This document shows positions 50,359 through 63,058 of a stretch of DNA of 64,000 nucleotides, one piece after another. A program made the translations under genes and the position numbers. Every line of letters starts with the position of its first letter. Positions within the stretch are counted from its first letter, which is position 1. Source of the stretch: Gammaproteobacteria bacterium (GTDB lineage: Bacteria > Pseudomonadota > Gammaproteobacteria > UBA4575); NCBI GenBank assembly GCA_965205685.1, contig OZ242174.1:77406-141405 (forward strand), given 5' to 3'. Below the pieces are notes generated by a model that did no database searches, was not told where the DNA came from, and saw nothing but the letters and a program-made list of their open reading frames with translations.

Positions 50359-51715
50359 ATTCTCTCGCTTGTTGGCCAGCCTGTGGCTGGAAATCTGTCT
50401 TTACTGTGACCGCACCCCAGTTCATTGAATCCTCTTCACCAATCAGGTGGTTCAGCTGCGCCAGCAAAAGGGTCATTTGAAAGGTTTGCCTGACATCGCG
50501 TAATTGGGATTCGGATATCTGGATTTGTGCATCTCCAAGGTCCGTCTTCACTTCCAGTTCGTACAGTATCCTGGAACGATCCATGTACAGTTCGCGGTAG
50601 CTGGAAAATACATCGCTTGCCTGCCGCTGTGCTTCAAGCAGGACAAACTCTTCCATCATGTCCCCGATCCTCTGGCGTATATCCAGCTCAAGTTCCCGGC
50701 GTTGATAAAGAATTTGGTTCACCTTGAGCTGTGCTTTGCTGATAGCTACATCACTCTGACCGCCACTGAAGAGCGGCCAGGTCATTTGCAACCCGGCCCG
50801 CCACTTGTCATGGCTGCCCAGATCTCTCGAATATTCACTGCGCTCGACCACAGCAGAAACATCGGGGCGGTAGGGCGCGCGCGCAGCTTCCACTTCTGCT
50901 CTTGCCGATAGCAATTCAGAATCAAGGGCTGCCAGTTGACGATTATTTTTTAGGGCTTTTTCGACCAGTATACCGAACTCCAGCAGTGTACGATTATGGA
51001 CATCGAGTTGGGGCAGGGTTAACGCCGAGGGCTGCTGTCCAGGCCGGTTAAGTGCCAATGCCAGGGCCTGTCGCATGCTGCGCGCCCGTCCCCTGCTTTC
51101 AACCATGCGCAGACGCGCTTGCTGGAATCTGTTTTCCAGTTCCAGCAGTTCCACATCGGAAATTTTGCCTAGCTCATGCCTGTCCTGCCCGTCTTCAAAA
51201 CGTACGAACCTGACAGCCATGTTTTCATTGTCGCGGGTAGCTTCAATGTCGGCGAGTATGACGTCAAAAAACTTCTGCATCACCGTGATGGTGTACAGAC
51301 TGCGGTTTTCCGCAATCCGCAGTTTGGCCGCTTTTCGGCCCTGCTCGGCTGACTCGGCCAGTGAACCGCTGTAACCACCATCATACAACGGCTTGCTCAC
51401 CACCAGACGCAGGGCATGATCGTCATGGTCCCCAACATCAAAGCGTGAACTCCCGGCCTCATACCAATGCGTTCTGCCGACCAGATCGACAGTCAGGCTG
51501 TTATGCTCACGCGCCTCGTTCGCGGTGTTTTTAGCCCGCTCCAGCAACAGCTTGTCCTGCAGCAGCACGGGATGCTGCTCGTCGATAAGTGCGATGGCCT
51601 GTTGCAGGCTCAAGGGATCCGGAACAGGCCGGGTGTCTGCCGCATGCAAGGATCCAGCCGCCAGTACTGCATAGGTCAGCGTCATGGACAATACGCAGCT
51701 TCTGCATCGATACAT
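50348..51715 (-). CDS. TolC-family outer membrane efflux channel
   Basis: 455 aa with a signal peptide and two tandem repeats of the outer-membrane-factor coiled-coil/beta-strand pattern (…LLERAKNTANEAREHNSLTVDLVGRTHWYEAGSS…). Confidence 0.75.
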   Translation of the reverse strand: MYRCRSCVLSMTLTYAVLAAGSLHAADTRPVPDPLSLQQAIALIDEQHPVLLQDKLLLERAKNTANEAREHNSLTVDLVGRTHWYEAGSSRFDVGDHDDHALRLVVSKPLYDGGYSGSLAESAEQGRKAAKLRIAENRSLYTITVMQKFFDVILADIEATRDNENMAVRFVRFEDGQDRHELGKISDVELLELENRFQQARLRMVESRGRARSMRQALALALNRPGQQPSALTLPQLDVHNRTLLEFGILVEKALKNNRQLAALDSELLSARAEVEAARAPYRPDVSAVVERSEYSRDLGSHDKWRAGLQMTWPLFSGGQSDVAISKAQLKVNQILYQRRELELDIRQRIGDMMEEFVLLEAQRQASDVFSSYRELYMDRSRILYELEVKTDLGDAQIQISESQLRDVRQTFQMTLLLAQLNHLIGEEDSMNWGAVTVKTDFQPQAGQQAREYVQ

Positions 51716-51759
51716 GCACCATCCCTCAATGAATGTATGACAAGGCTGGTGAGAGTCTG

Positions 51760-52311
51760 TCAGCTTTCCGCCAGCTCCTCTTTCTTTCCCCGTTTATAAC
51801 GGGTGAAGCTGGTATTTTTGTAATGCCCATCGGCAACATAGTCGGCCAGCCACATGAACTCTTGCACGCTTTTCGTTGCACCGATATAACGCGCAATCCG
51901 GTTTCCCTCCAGATCAAAGAAGGCAAACACGGGAGTGGCTCGAACTCGCTGTGCTTTTTCCGCATATTCCTTCTGCGTCGTATCGTTGCCCTCAAAATCC
52001 ACAATCTCAATGTCCCCCTCAATATCATGGGCGAGCAGTATGAATCTTTCTCGATAGTACTCCTGGACTTCGGGCTGATTCATGATCGTGTCTTTCATGC
52101 GATGGCAAAATGGACATTCGTCCATTTCAAAAAATACCATAACACCTTTCTTTCCTTGTTCCCTGGCATTTTCCAGTTCTTCCGAGTAGTCCCCGAAAGA
52201 CTGGTCGAAAAAATACTGGTATGGGTCACGAGGCGCTTCCGCATGTGCGGCGAACAGCAATGCCCATAGCAGAATGCTCGTTACGCAAGTCAGGAATTTA
52301 ATGTGTTTCAT
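51760..52311 (-). CDS. Periplasmic thioredoxin-fold protein with a CPFC active-site motif
   Basis: 183 aa with the signal peptide MKHIKFLTCVTSILLWALLFAAHA and ...GVMVFFEMDECPFCHRM... (CxxC in a thioredoxin context). It sits 44 nt upstream of the OMP gene. Confidence 0.6.
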   Translation of the reverse strand: MKHIKFLTCVTSILLWALLFAAHAEAPRDPYQYFFDQSFGDYSEELENAREQGKKGVMVFFEMDECPFCHRMKDTIMNQPEVQEYYRERFILLAHDIEGDIEIVDFEGNDTTQKEYAEKAQRVRATPVFAFFDLEGNRIARYIGATKSVQEFMWLADYVADGHYKNTSFTRYKRGKKEELAES

Positions 52312-52624
52312 GTTCGCTCCATCCGGTAAATAACCGGCTACTCGGCGACACCCTGGGCAAGAGACAATCTTCAGACTCGATTTCTGTACCGGCCCGGCCC
52401 ATGGTTTAACAAGTCAGGCATCTGGGGAAATCACGAAAGTTGCTGGCAACCCCTTCAGGACCAACGCCTCAGGTATCTCCGGGTCTTCTTCCCTATATCA
52501 TAACTCATGATCAGCCCCAAAGCCGTTCGCTGGTTTAGTTGAAAGCGATGGCACTGGGTTTATTCATGATGCTGACCCCAAAATCAGTTATTTCCACAGC
52601 AGGAATGATTGCTAGGAGCTGAAA

Positions 52625-52640
52625 CCGGGAAGTTTCCCGG
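52625..52640 (-). terminator. Possible weak intrinsic terminator downstream of tRNA-Pro
   Basis: Palindrome ccgggaa-gt-ttcccgg lies 50 nt beyond the tRNA 3' end and is followed on the minus strand by a short TTT. Confidence 0.25.
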
Positions 52641-52690
52641 TACCGGATGGGGTTACGAGCCTTGGTTGCCCGCTAACTGGTTGAATTAAC

Positions 52691-52767
52691 TGGTCGGAGT
52701 GAGAGGATTTGAACCTCCGACCCCTGCCTCCCGAAGACAGTGCTCTACCAAGCTGAGCTACACTCCG
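52691..52767 (-). tRNA. tRNA-Pro (anticodon CGG)
   Basis: The hand-folded minus-strand sequence is CGGAGTG-TA-GCTC-AGCTTGGTA-GAGC-A-CTGTC-TTCGGGA-GGCAG-GGGTC-GGAGG-TTCAAAT-CCTCT-CACTCCG-A-CCA. It has a 7-bp acceptor, D, anticodon and T stems, anticodon CGG with G37, and an encoded CCA. The T-arm and variable loop are nearly identical to E. coli proK. Confidence 0.85.
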
Positions 52768-52880
52768 CAATCGAGCCCATATTAAGACACTCGATCTTTA
52801 AAAATAACAGGTTCGGGTCCCAGTGTAACGTCTTAGCCTTTCGAATCTCGAAAAAGTGCTGTGTCGCCGGCTGATATTTT

Positions 52881-53849
52881 CTAGGATGTCCGGGAAATCG
52901 CAAACCTGGTCAAGTCCGTCAGTGCCCTCCGGTATTCGTTATCCGGCAGCCTTTCAATATGTTGCTGCGCGATCAGAGCTTGCTGCTCGGCGGCTTTCAG
53001 GGTGTGCTCAATCGCACCGGTCTCCTCAATCGCGGCCATGACTTCCTGCATGTGCAGCCTGCCACCCTGAATGATGGCCTCACGGATCAAATCGGCAGTG
53101 GCCCTGTCACTGTTTTTGAGTGCATGAATCAGGGGCAGCGTGGGTTTGCCCTCGGTCAGATCATCGCCGAGATTCTTTCCCATTTCCTCGGGCGAGGACT
53201 GGTAATCGAGGACATCGTCCTTGAGCTGGAAAGCCGTGCCGAGGTGTGCCCCGTAATTCGCACAGGCCTCTTCGATTTCCTGCGGTTGTCCTGCCAAAAC
53301 GGCTCCGAGCTGGCATGCAGCCTCAAACAGTTTTGCCGTTTTGGACTGGATCACAACCATGTAGTGTTCTTCCGATGAGTCCGGATCATTGGAGTTCAGT
53401 AACTGCATGACTTCACCCTCGGCAATGGTGTTGGAGGCCCGCGCAAGAATTTCCATGACGCGCATCTCGCCCACCTCCACCATCATTTCAAACGAACGTG
53501 AAAACAGGAAATCACCCACCAGTATGCTGGATTCATTGCCCCAGATGAGATTGGCAGTTTCGTGGCCACGGCGCATGCTCGAGCTGTCCACAACGTCATC
53601 GTGCAGTAGGGTCGCGGTATGGATAAATTCAGTAATGGCAGCGACCAGCAGGTGTTTTTGACCCGTGTAGCTGCAGGCACGGGCACTCAACAGGGCGAGC
53701 AGCGGGCGAATCCGCTTGCCGCCACTCTCCAGGATGTAGTTGATGATCTGGCAGATCAGGGTGATATCGGAATGCAGGTATCGCCGAATTACATCGTTGA
53801 CGCCTTCCATGTCGTCGGCCACCAGGCCCTGTACCTGTTTGAAGTCCAT
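52881..53849 (-). CDS. ispB: Octaprenyl-diphosphate synthase IspB
   Basis: 322 aa with the two polyprenyl synthetase Asp-rich motifs (LLHDDVVD and the second DDxxD region). Confidence 0.9.
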   Translation of the reverse strand: MDFKQVQGLVADDMEGVNDVIRRYLHSDITLICQIINYILESGGKRIRPLLALLSARACSYTGQKHLLVAAITEFIHTATLLHDDVVDSSSMRRGHETANLIWGNESSILVGDFLFSRSFEMMVEVGEMRVMEILARASNTIAEGEVMQLLNSNDPDSSEEHYMVVIQSKTAKLFEAACQLGAVLAGQPQEIEEACANYGAHLGTAFQLKDDVLDYQSSPEEMGKNLGDDLTEGKPTLPLIHALKNSDRATADLIREAIIQGGRLHMQEVMAAIEETGAIEHTLKAAEQQALIAQQHIERLPDNEYRRALTDLTRFAISRTS

Positions 53850-53989
53850 AGCTGGGCATTTTACCCTGTTCTCGTGCGCCCCGGTGCTGATTTTGGAAGC
53901 GGTCTGACTGCAAAATTGTTTTGTTTGACCCCTGCCAGACCTCCCGCTAGAATTGCGCCTCTTTCCAACCCATTCCCGGAGTGCTCCAG

Positions 53990-54301
53990 GTGTATGCCGT
54001 GATTGCCACAGGTGGCAAACAGTACCTTGTCCATAAAGGAGACCAGATCAAGATTGAAACACTGGATCTGGACCCGGGCAAGAAAGTCGAGTTTGATCAG
54101 GTCCTGTTGCTGGCCGATGGGGACGACGTATCCATTGGCACACCATACATTGAAGGTGGTAAAGTCACTGCCGAGGTTCTGCGCAATGCCCGGGCCAAGA
54201 AGATTGATATCATCAAGTTCAAGCGCAGAAAGCACCACATGAGGCGAATGGGCCACAGGCAGAACTACACACAAGTTAAAATTACAGACATTTCAAAGTA
54301 G
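53990..54301 (+). CDS. rplU: 50S ribosomal protein L21
   Basis: GTG start with a GGAG RBS 9 nt upstream. MYAVIATGGKQYLVHKGDQIKIE... matches the L21 N-terminus. The track ORF starts 3 codons earlier at 53981. Confidence 0.9.
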   Translation: MYAVIATGGKQYLVHKGDQIKIETLDLDPGKKVEFDQVLLLADGDDVSIGTPYIEGGKVTAEVLRNARAKKIDIIKFKRRKHHMRRMGHRQNYTQVKITDISK

Positions 54302-54310
54302 AGGTCGGTC

Positions 54311-54571
54311 ATGGCACACAAGAAAGCAGGAGGCAGCACCCGCAACGGACGTGACTCAAAGTCCAAACGTCTCGGCGTGAAGTGTTTCGGGGGGCAGCAG
54401 GTAAATGCAGGAAGCATCATCGTGCGCCAGCGAGGCACCCGCTTTCATGCCGGTGAAAATGTCGGCCGGGGGAAAGATGACACCTTGTTCGCAAAAGAGA
54501 ACGGACAGGTGGTATTTGAAACCAAAGGGCCCAGAAACAAAAAGTTTGTTCGTGTTGATGCCGTACACTGA
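54311..54571 (+). CDS. rpmA: 50S ribosomal protein L27
   Basis: [52 protein letters not shown].... Confidence 0.95.
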   Translation: MAHKKAGGSTRNGRDSKSKRLGVKCFGGQQVNAGSIIVRQRGTRFHAGENVGRGKDDTLFAKENGQVVFETKGPRNKKFVRVDAVH

Positions 54572-54596
54572 TCCAGCCCACTAACCGATTTGATGT

Positions 54597-54624
54597 GAAG
54601 CCCCGCATGTCGGGGCTTTTTTGA
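54597..54624 (+). terminator. Rho-independent terminator after rpmA
   Basis: gaagCCCCGcatgtCGGGGcttttttg is a GC stem (AAGCCCCG/CGGGGCTT) followed by six T. Confidence 0.75.
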
Positions 54625-56768
<2,144 letters not shown>

Positions 56769-56802
56769 GTGAATAAGAGGATGCAGCGCCCAGCGACGCC
56801 AG

Positions 56803-57063
56803 TTACATGGCTTTAATGCGTGCGTTCAGACGGCTTTTATGACGGGCAGCCTTATTGGCATGGATCAGTTTTTTACCTACGGCCGAGTCGATGCTGGGCT
56901 GGGCCAGCTTGTATGCGGCTTCGGCGGCACCCTTGTCCCCTGCCTGAATCGATTTGACCACCGCTTTGATTCGAGTACGCAACTTTGTGCGCTGACTCAC
57001 ATTGTGCTGACGGTGCTTGACCGCCTGACGTGCACGTTTTCTCGCTGAGGGGGAGTTGGCCAA
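56803..57063 (-). CDS. rpsT: 30S ribosomal protein S20
   Basis: [35 protein letters not shown].... Confidence 0.95.
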   Translation of the reverse strand: MANSPSARKRARQAVKHRQHNVSQRTKLRTRIKAVVKSIQAGDKGAAEAAYKLAQPSIDSAVGKKLIHANKAARHKSRLNARIKAM

Positions 57064-57168
57064 TGTCTGATCGCTTTACTGCTTGGATTCTGCGTTTGGG
57101 CTGCGAACTATGGTAGTAAGATAAATAAATGTCAACCCCTCGTCCCTAGACCACACCCCAAATACAAA

Positions 57169-58734
57169 ATGGCTGAACACCGAGCCTTGTTCAAATCCAC
57201 CGCCGTCACAGGAGGCATCACGGCTGTCTCCAGAATATTCGGATATCTCCGGGATGCCGTGATCTTTATCTTCCTGGGCGCAACCGGCGGCACCGATGCT
57301 TTTTTCGTAGCCTTTCGTATCCCGAATTTTCTGCGGCGTCTATTTGCCGAAGGCGCTTTTTCACAGGCGTTCGTACCGGTCCTGTCCGAATACAAGGAAC
57401 AGCGATCGCAAGCGGAACTGCAGGCGCTGATCAATCACGTGACCGGGACACTCAGCGTGATCCTTTTCCTAATCAGCGTTCTGGGGGTGGTGCTTGCACC
57501 TGCTCTGATATACATCTTCGCCCCGGGTTTTATCAGCGATAGCACACGTTTTGATCTTGCCTCACAGATGCTGCGCATTACCTTCCCGTACATACTGTTC
57601 ATCTCGCTGACCGCCCTGTCGGCCAGTATCCTGAACACCTTTAACCGGTTTGCCGTGCCGGCCTTCACACCCGTACTCCTGAACCTGTCGCTGATTGCAG
57701 CAACCCTGTGGCTGGCCCCTGAAATGGAACAGCCCGTAGTGGCACTCGCGTGGGGTGTATTCGTTGCCGGTATCGTGCAGCTGGCTTTCCAACTTCCCTT
57801 TTTATCGGCACTGGGCGTGCTGCCGAAGGTTTCACTGCATGGTGCCAAAGAAGGCGTTCAAAAAATCATGCGACTGATGTTGCCGGCCATTTTTGGCTCA
57901 TCCGTAGTGCAGATCAATCTGCTGATCAACACCCTGATCGCTTCATTCCTGGCGGTCGGCAGCATCAGCTGGCTGTATATCTCGGACCGCTTTGTGGAAC
58001 TCCCGCTGGCCATTTTCGGCGTAGCCATGGCCACCATCATCCTGCCGCGCCTGTCAAAACAATATGTCAACCGCTCCACCCAAGAGTTCAACATGACGCT
58101 TGACTGGGCGTTGCGGCTTTCCGTGTTCATCTCGATTCCCGCCACAGTCGGCCTGATTCTGCTGGCCAGCCCGATTCTGACATCGCTGATCCAGTACCGG
58201 GAATTTACAGCCATGGACACCCTGATGGCTTCAACTAGCCTGAAAGCCTATGCCCTGGGACTGCCGGCGTTTATCCTGATCAAAGTGCTGGCACCGGGAT
58301 TTTATTCACGCCAGGATACCAAGACCCCTGTGAAAATCGGGGTAATTGCCATGGCCGTCAATATCGTCCTTAACCTCGCCTTTGTCTGGATCTGGCTGCA
58401 GTGGGATCTGGCTGCCCCGCATGCGGCCCTGGCGCTGGCGACCTCACTGGCCGCCTACCTCAATGCCGCGCTGCTGTTCTACAGGCTGAGAAGCTCGGCA
58501 GCCCTGGTGTTGCCGGCGGGCTGGAGCAAGTACCTGGTCCAGGTCGTGGGGGCCACAGCCGTGATGGGAGTTGCGCTTGCGTGGATCTTGCCCGAGGCTC
58601 ATCAGTGGCTGAACTGGGACGTGGCCGAACGCATTATTGCCTTGCTGGGCTTTATGCTATCGGGGCTTGTACTGTATATTGGCGCGCTGGCCTTGCTGGG
58701 GGTGCGCAGAAATTCCTTTGTGCTGCAACAGTAG
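57169..58734 (+). CDS. murJ: Lipid II flippase MurJ (MviN)
   Basis: 521 aa, 14-TM MOP superfamily. ...TAVSRIFGYLRDAVIFIFLGATGGTDAFFVAFRIPNFLRRLFAEGAFSQAFVPVLSEY... is the MurJ N-terminus. Confidence 0.9.
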   Translation: MAEHRALFKSTAVTGGITAVSRIFGYLRDAVIFIFLGATGGTDAFFVAFRIPNFLRRLFAEGAFSQAFVPVLSEYKEQRSQAELQALINHVTGTLSVILFLISVLGVVLAPALIYIFAPGFISDSTRFDLASQMLRITFPYILFISLTALSASILNTFNRFAVPAFTPVLLNLSLIAATLWLAPEMEQPVVALAWGVFVAGIVQLAFQLPFLSALGVLPKVSLHGAKEGVQKIMRLMLPAIFGSSVVQINLLINTLIASFLAVGSISWLYISDRFVELPLAIFGVAMATIILPRLSKQYVNRSTQEFNMTLDWALRLSVFISIPATVGLILLASPILTSLIQYREFTAMDTLMASTSLKAYALGLPAFILIKVLAPGFYSRQDTKTPVKIGVIAMAVNIVLNLAFVWIWLQWDLAAPHAALALATSLAAYLNAALLFYRLRSSAALVLPAGWSKYLVQVVGATAVMGVALAWILPEAHQWLNWDVAERIIALLGFMLSGLVLYIGALALLGVRRNSFVLQQ

Positions 58735-58770
58735 GCACCGGGGCGGTTTCATGAACGGGTCTTTGATTTT

Positions 58771-59703
58771 ATGCAGTTAACGAGATACCTCAGTACTGGA
58801 ACAGGCCGTCCTGTGTCATACGTGGCGACCATCGGCAACTTTGACGGCGTGCACCGGGGCCACCAGACCGTTTTGAAAAAATTGCTGTCGCGAAGCCAGG
58901 CCCTTGGGCTGCCTTCCATGGTCATCGCCTTCGAGCCTTCGGCCAAGGAGTTTTTCCTGGGCAGCCAGGCTCCGGCGAGACTGACCAACTTCAGGGAAAA
59001 ATTCAACCTGCTCCAGGATTTTGGGATCGACCGTTTCGTATGCCTTTCCTTTAACCGGACGCTGGCCAACATGCCGCCCGAGACCTTTGTCAGGGATGTC
59101 CTGGTCTCAGGCCTGAACATCAAGCACCTGACGGTCGGCGATGATTTCCGTTTCGGGAAAGACCGCAAGGGCGATTATCCCATGCTCACGCGCATGGGAA
59201 ACGAGTTGGGCTTCAGCGTCGAAAACACCGAGGGCTTCGTGGTCAATGAAGAACGTGTCAGCAGCTCTTCCATCCGCGACCACCTTGCCAGCGGCAGGCT
59301 GGATCTTGCAGAGCAGTTGCTTGGACGCATGTACAGCATGTCCGGGCGTGTGATTCACGGAGACCACCGGGGGCAAGGCATCGGTTTCCCGACGGCCAAT
59401 ATCCCGATCAAACGCAGGTTCTCCCCAATCAGTGGTGTTTTCGCAACCAAGGTGAGGATCGAGCATGACACCGAGGCTTTGGGGGTGACCAACGTAGGGT
59501 ACCGGCCCACGGTAGCCGGTACACGCACCCAGATCGAAGTCCACCTGTTCAACTTCTCGCAAATGCTCTACGGAAAGCATCTCACGGTATTCTTCAGCAA
59601 GAAAATCCGGGAGGAGCAAAAATTCAATTCACTTGAAGAGTTGAAGAACCAGATCCGTGTTGATGCCGAAACTGCAAAAGAGCATTTCAAGATCGCTGCC
59701 TGA
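58771..59703 (+). CDS. ribF: Bifunctional riboflavin kinase / FMN adenylyltransferase RibF
   Basis: 310 aa with ...ATIGNFDGVHRGHQ... (the FAD synthetase nucleotidyltransferase motif) and a C-terminal riboflavin kinase domain (…GFPTANI…). Confidence 0.9.
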   Translation: MQLTRYLSTGTGRPVSYVATIGNFDGVHRGHQTVLKKLLSRSQALGLPSMVIAFEPSAKEFFLGSQAPARLTNFREKFNLLQDFGIDRFVCLSFNRTLANMPPETFVRDVLVSGLNIKHLTVGDDFRFGKDRKGDYPMLTRMGNELGFSVENTEGFVVNEERVSSSSIRDHLASGRLDLAEQLLGRMYSMSGRVIHGDHRGQGIGFPTANIPIKRRFSPISGVFATKVRIEHDTEALGVTNVGYRPTVAGTRTQIEVHLFNFSQMLYGKHLTVFFSKKIREEQKFNSLEELKNQIRVDAETAKEHFKIAA

Positions 59704-59712
59704 AGCCTGCAA

Positions 59713-62547
59713 ATGAGCAACTACAAAGACACCCTGAACCTGCCAAAAACCTCTTTTCCCATGAAGGGCAACCTCGCACAGCGTGAGCCCCAGATACTGA
59801 GAGAATGGGAGGACAGGGACGTGTACCAGCAAATCCGGAAGGCGCGAAGGGGTGCGCAAACATTCATTCTGCACGATGGCCCTCCCTATGCGAACGGCGA
59901 CATCCACATTGGCCATGCGGTCAACAAGATCCTCAAAGATATCATTGTAAAAAGCAAAACCCTGGCAGGGTACGATGCGCCTTACGTGCCGGGCTGGGAC
60001 TGCCACGGCTTGCCCATCGAACACCAGGTCCAGAAAAAAATCGGTAAAGCGGGAACCCGGAAAAGCCACAGCGAATTCCGCACTGCCTGCCGCGACTTTG
60101 CAAGCAAGCAGATTGCCAAGCAACGCGAGGACTTCAAACGGCTTGGAATTTTTGGCGAATGGAACAAGCCCTACCTCACCATGGATTTCGGTGTTGAAGC
60201 CGATATCGTGCGGTCCCTTGGCAAACTGTATGCAAAAGGCCACATTGCCCGCGGCTTCAAGCCGGTCTACTGGAACGTGGTGGATGCCTCGGCATTGGCA
60301 GAAACCGAGGTCGAGTACCATGAGAAAACCTCGCCAGCCATTGATGTGCGTTTCAGCATCGTGGACGAGGGGACGCTTGGGGAAAGACTCGATACGCTGA
60401 CTGGCCAGGGACCGCTATCCGTTGCCATCTGGACGACGACGCCGTGGACCCTGCCTGCCAACCAGGCAGTGTGCGTCAATCCCGAACTGGATTACGTCGT
60501 GGCAGAGTTCGAGGGCAACTGCGGCCGGGAACGCGTGCTGCTGGCTGAGGCGCTACTGGAAGCCTGCATGCAGCGTTATGGCGTCGAGGATTATGCCGTG
60601 GTGGGCCGCGCCAAGGGAAAGCAACTCGAGCACCTGCACCTGCAGCACCCGTTCTATGACAAGACCGTACCCGTCATCCTAGGGGGACATGTCACGGTCG
60701 AGGCAGGCACGGGGGCAGTGCACACGGCACCAGACCATGGGGTTGAGGACTTTGAAGTCGGCAAGGCGTATGCCATGGGAACTCTGAACCTGGTGGATGA
60801 TCATGGGGTATTCAAGGACCATACCGGCTTGTTTGCAGGAAACCATGTCTTCAAGGTGGACCAGAAAATCATCGATGCCTTGACCGAGCGGGGAAAGCTG
60901 CTGCACGGCACCGACCTGCACCACAGCCTGCCGCATTGCTGGCGCACCAAGGTGCCGCTGATCTATCGTGCAACGCCACAATGGTTCATCAGCATGCATG
61001 CCAAGGATTTGCTGAAAACCGCCAATGAACAAATCGAGCAGGTGCAGTGGATCCCCGAGTGGGGCAAGGCACGCATCACCGCCATGCTGGCCAGCAGTCC
61101 GGACTGGTGCATCTCCAGGCAACGCACCTGGGGTGTCCCGATCGCCTTTTTCATACACAAGACTACGGAAGAACCCCATCCCGACACGGTACAGCTCATC
61201 GAACAGGTGGCACAGAAAATTGAACGCCAGGGCATGGATGCCTGGTATGAACTGGATGCGAAAGAACTGCTGGGCGATGACAGCGAATCCTACAGGAAGG
61301 TCACGGACACCCTGGATGTCTGGTTTGATTCCGGCGTGACGCATTACGCTGTGGCCCAGAAAAGACTGGGGATCGACCTTGAAAATGAGAAACGCGCCAG
61401 CCTGTATCTCGAAGGTTCAGACCAGCATCGCGGCTGGTTCCAGTCTTCCCTGAAAACCGCGGTGGCCATGCACGGGATTGCCCCCTACGAACAGGTGCTG
61501 ACCCACGGGTTTACCGTGGATGCCGAAGGCAAGAAAATGTCAAAATCCCTTGGCAATGTCGTCACACCCCAGAAAATATGCAACGCGCTGGGTGCTGACA
61601 TATTGCGTCTTTGGGTGGCTGCTACCGACTACGGTGCCGAGCTCAACGTGTCCGATGAAATACTGAGCCGCACCTCGGATGCCTACCGGCGCATCCGTAA
61701 CACGACCCGTTACCTGTTATCCAATCTGAATGATTTCGATCCTGTACACGACCGTGTGCTGGCCCGGGACATGGTGGCCCTGGACTACTGGATCGTATAC
61801 AAAACCCGGCAACTCCAACATCAGATCATCGACTACTACGAACGCTACCAGTTTCACAGAATCTACACCCTGGTTCACAACTTCTGCGTGCTGGAACTCG
61901 GCAGCGACTATCTGGACATCGTCAAGGATCGGCAATACACAATGCAGACGGACAGCCGAGCCCGCAGGTCGGCGCAAACGGCCATGTTCCATATTGCCGA
62001 GGCGCTGGTTCGCTGGATTGCGCCGATTCTGAGCTTTACTGCAGAGGAAGCCTGGCAGCAACTGCCCGGTGCCCGCAAGGATCCGGTTTTTGTACAGACC
62101 TGGTACGATCTCGATGAGTTCAGCACCCCGGGCGAAGTAACCGATGCGGACTGGCAGGGGATACTTGAGGTGCGAAAGCACATCGGTAAACAGCTGGAGG
62201 CGCTGCGCAATGAAAAAGTCATCGGCTCGTCACTGGATGCAGAGGTGGACATCTGGGACGCTCCCGATTGCCTTTACAAGATCAAAAACGATGAACTTCG
62301 CTTCGTTTTCATCACCTCCAGTGCCCGGCTCATCCGGGATGAAGAGGTGCCCGAGACAGCCACCAGAATATCGGATGCCCATGGCAACGAGTACTTCATC
62401 CAACTGCAAAAATCACCTCATCCGAAATGCATTCGCTGCTGGCATTACCGTGAGGATGTAGGACAGGATCCGAAACACCCGGAAATCTGTGCGCGTTGCG
62501 CAAGCAATTTGCCCGGCGGTACAGGCGAGTCACGTTTCTATGCTTAA
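59713..62547 (+). CDS. ileS: Isoleucine--tRNA ligase IleS
   Basis: 944 aa with class I HIGH ([12 protein letters not shown]) and KMSKS motifs, and a C-terminal zinc-binding CxxC...CxxC. Confidence 0.95.
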   Translation: MSNYKDTLNLPKTSFPMKGNLAQREPQILREWEDRDVYQQIRKARRGAQTFILHDGPPYANGDIHIGHAVNKILKDIIVKSKTLAGYDAPYVPGWDCHGLPIEHQVQKKIGKAGTRKSHSEFRTACRDFASKQIAKQREDFKRLGIFGEWNKPYLTMDFGVEADIVRSLGKLYAKGHIARGFKPVYWNVVDASALAETEVEYHEKTSPAIDVRFSIVDEGTLGERLDTLTGQGPLSVAIWTTTPWTLPANQAVCVNPELDYVVAEFEGNCGRERVLLAEALLEACMQRYGVEDYAVVGRAKGKQLEHLHLQHPFYDKTVPVILGGHVTVEAGTGAVHTAPDHGVEDFEVGKAYAMGTLNLVDDHGVFKDHTGLFAGNHVFKVDQKIIDALTERGKLLHGTDLHHSLPHCWRTKVPLIYRATPQWFISMHAKDLLKTANEQIEQVQWIPEWGKARITAMLASSPDWCISRQRTWGVPIAFFIHKTTEEPHPDTVQLIEQVAQKIERQGMDAWYELDAKELLGDDSESYRKVTDTLDVWFDSGVTHYAVAQKRLGIDLENEKRASLYLEGSDQHRGWFQSSLKTAVAMHGIAPYEQVLTHGFTVDAEGKKMSKSLGNVVTPQKICNALGADILRLWVAATDYGAELNVSDEILSRTSDAYRRIRNTTRYLLSNLNDFDPVHDRVLARDMVALDYWIVYKTRQLQHQIIDYYERYQFHRIYTLVHNFCVLELGSDYLDIVKDRQYTMQTDSRARRSAQTAMFHIAEALVRWIAPILSFTAEEAWQQLPGARKDPVFVQTWYDLDEFSTPGEVTDADWQGILEVRKHIGKQLEALRNEKVIGSSLDAEVDIWDAPDCLYKIKNDELRFVFITSSARLIRDEEVPETATRISDAHGNEYFIQLQKSPHPKCIRCWHYREDVGQDPKHPEICARCASNLPGGTGESRFYA

Positions 62548-63049
62548 ATGGCTCTGGCTGAGCTTGTTGGTCATCCTTGCCGATCAGTTCAGCAAGCAGG
62601 CCGCCTTGCAGTTTCTGGTTCAGTACGAGCCCGTGGCGCTGTTGCCCTATTTCAATCTTTCACTGACGTTCAATGAGGGGGCTGCGTTCAGTTTTCTCAG
62701 CCAGGCCGGAGGTTGGCAACGCTGGTTCCTGTCGGGGCTGGCCATAGCGATCAGTGTCTTCATCCTGGTCTGGCTCAAAACCCTGGATGCCCGAGAGAAA
62801 TCCATGGCCTGTGGCCTTGCGCTGGTACTGGGAGGCGCGATCGGCAATGTGATCGACCGCATCCTGTACGGGAAAGTCACGGACTTTATTGACTGGTACT
62901 ACCGCTCCAGTGATGCCTGCCTGCCTTTTTTCTATCGCCTGAACGAAGCGACCTGTCACTGGCCGACATTCAATCTTGCCGACTCGGCAATTTTCCTGGG
63001 AGTTGTGCTTATCCTGCTGCAGACCCTGTCTCAAAAGCAGCAGGTGTAA
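62540..63049 (+). CDS. lspA: Lipoprotein signal peptidase II LspA
   Basis: [20 protein letters not shown]... with 4 TM helices and the ...FNLADSAI... motif. It overlaps the ileS stop by 8 nt. The track ORF starts upstream at 62489 inside ileS. Confidence 0.85.
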   Translation: MLKWLWLSLLVILADQFSKQAALQFLVQYEPVALLPYFNLSLTFNEGAAFSFLSQAGGWQRWFLSGLAIAISVFILVWLKTLDAREKSMACGLALVLGGAIGNVIDRILYGKVTDFIDWYYRSSDACLPFFYRLNEATCHWPTFNLADSAIFLGVVLILLQTLSQKQQV

Positions 63050-63058
63050 CCGGGCCCG

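Noticed and set aside
59629-60321. 230-aa minus-strand ORF
   Set aside because: It is antisense inside ileS and has no motifs.
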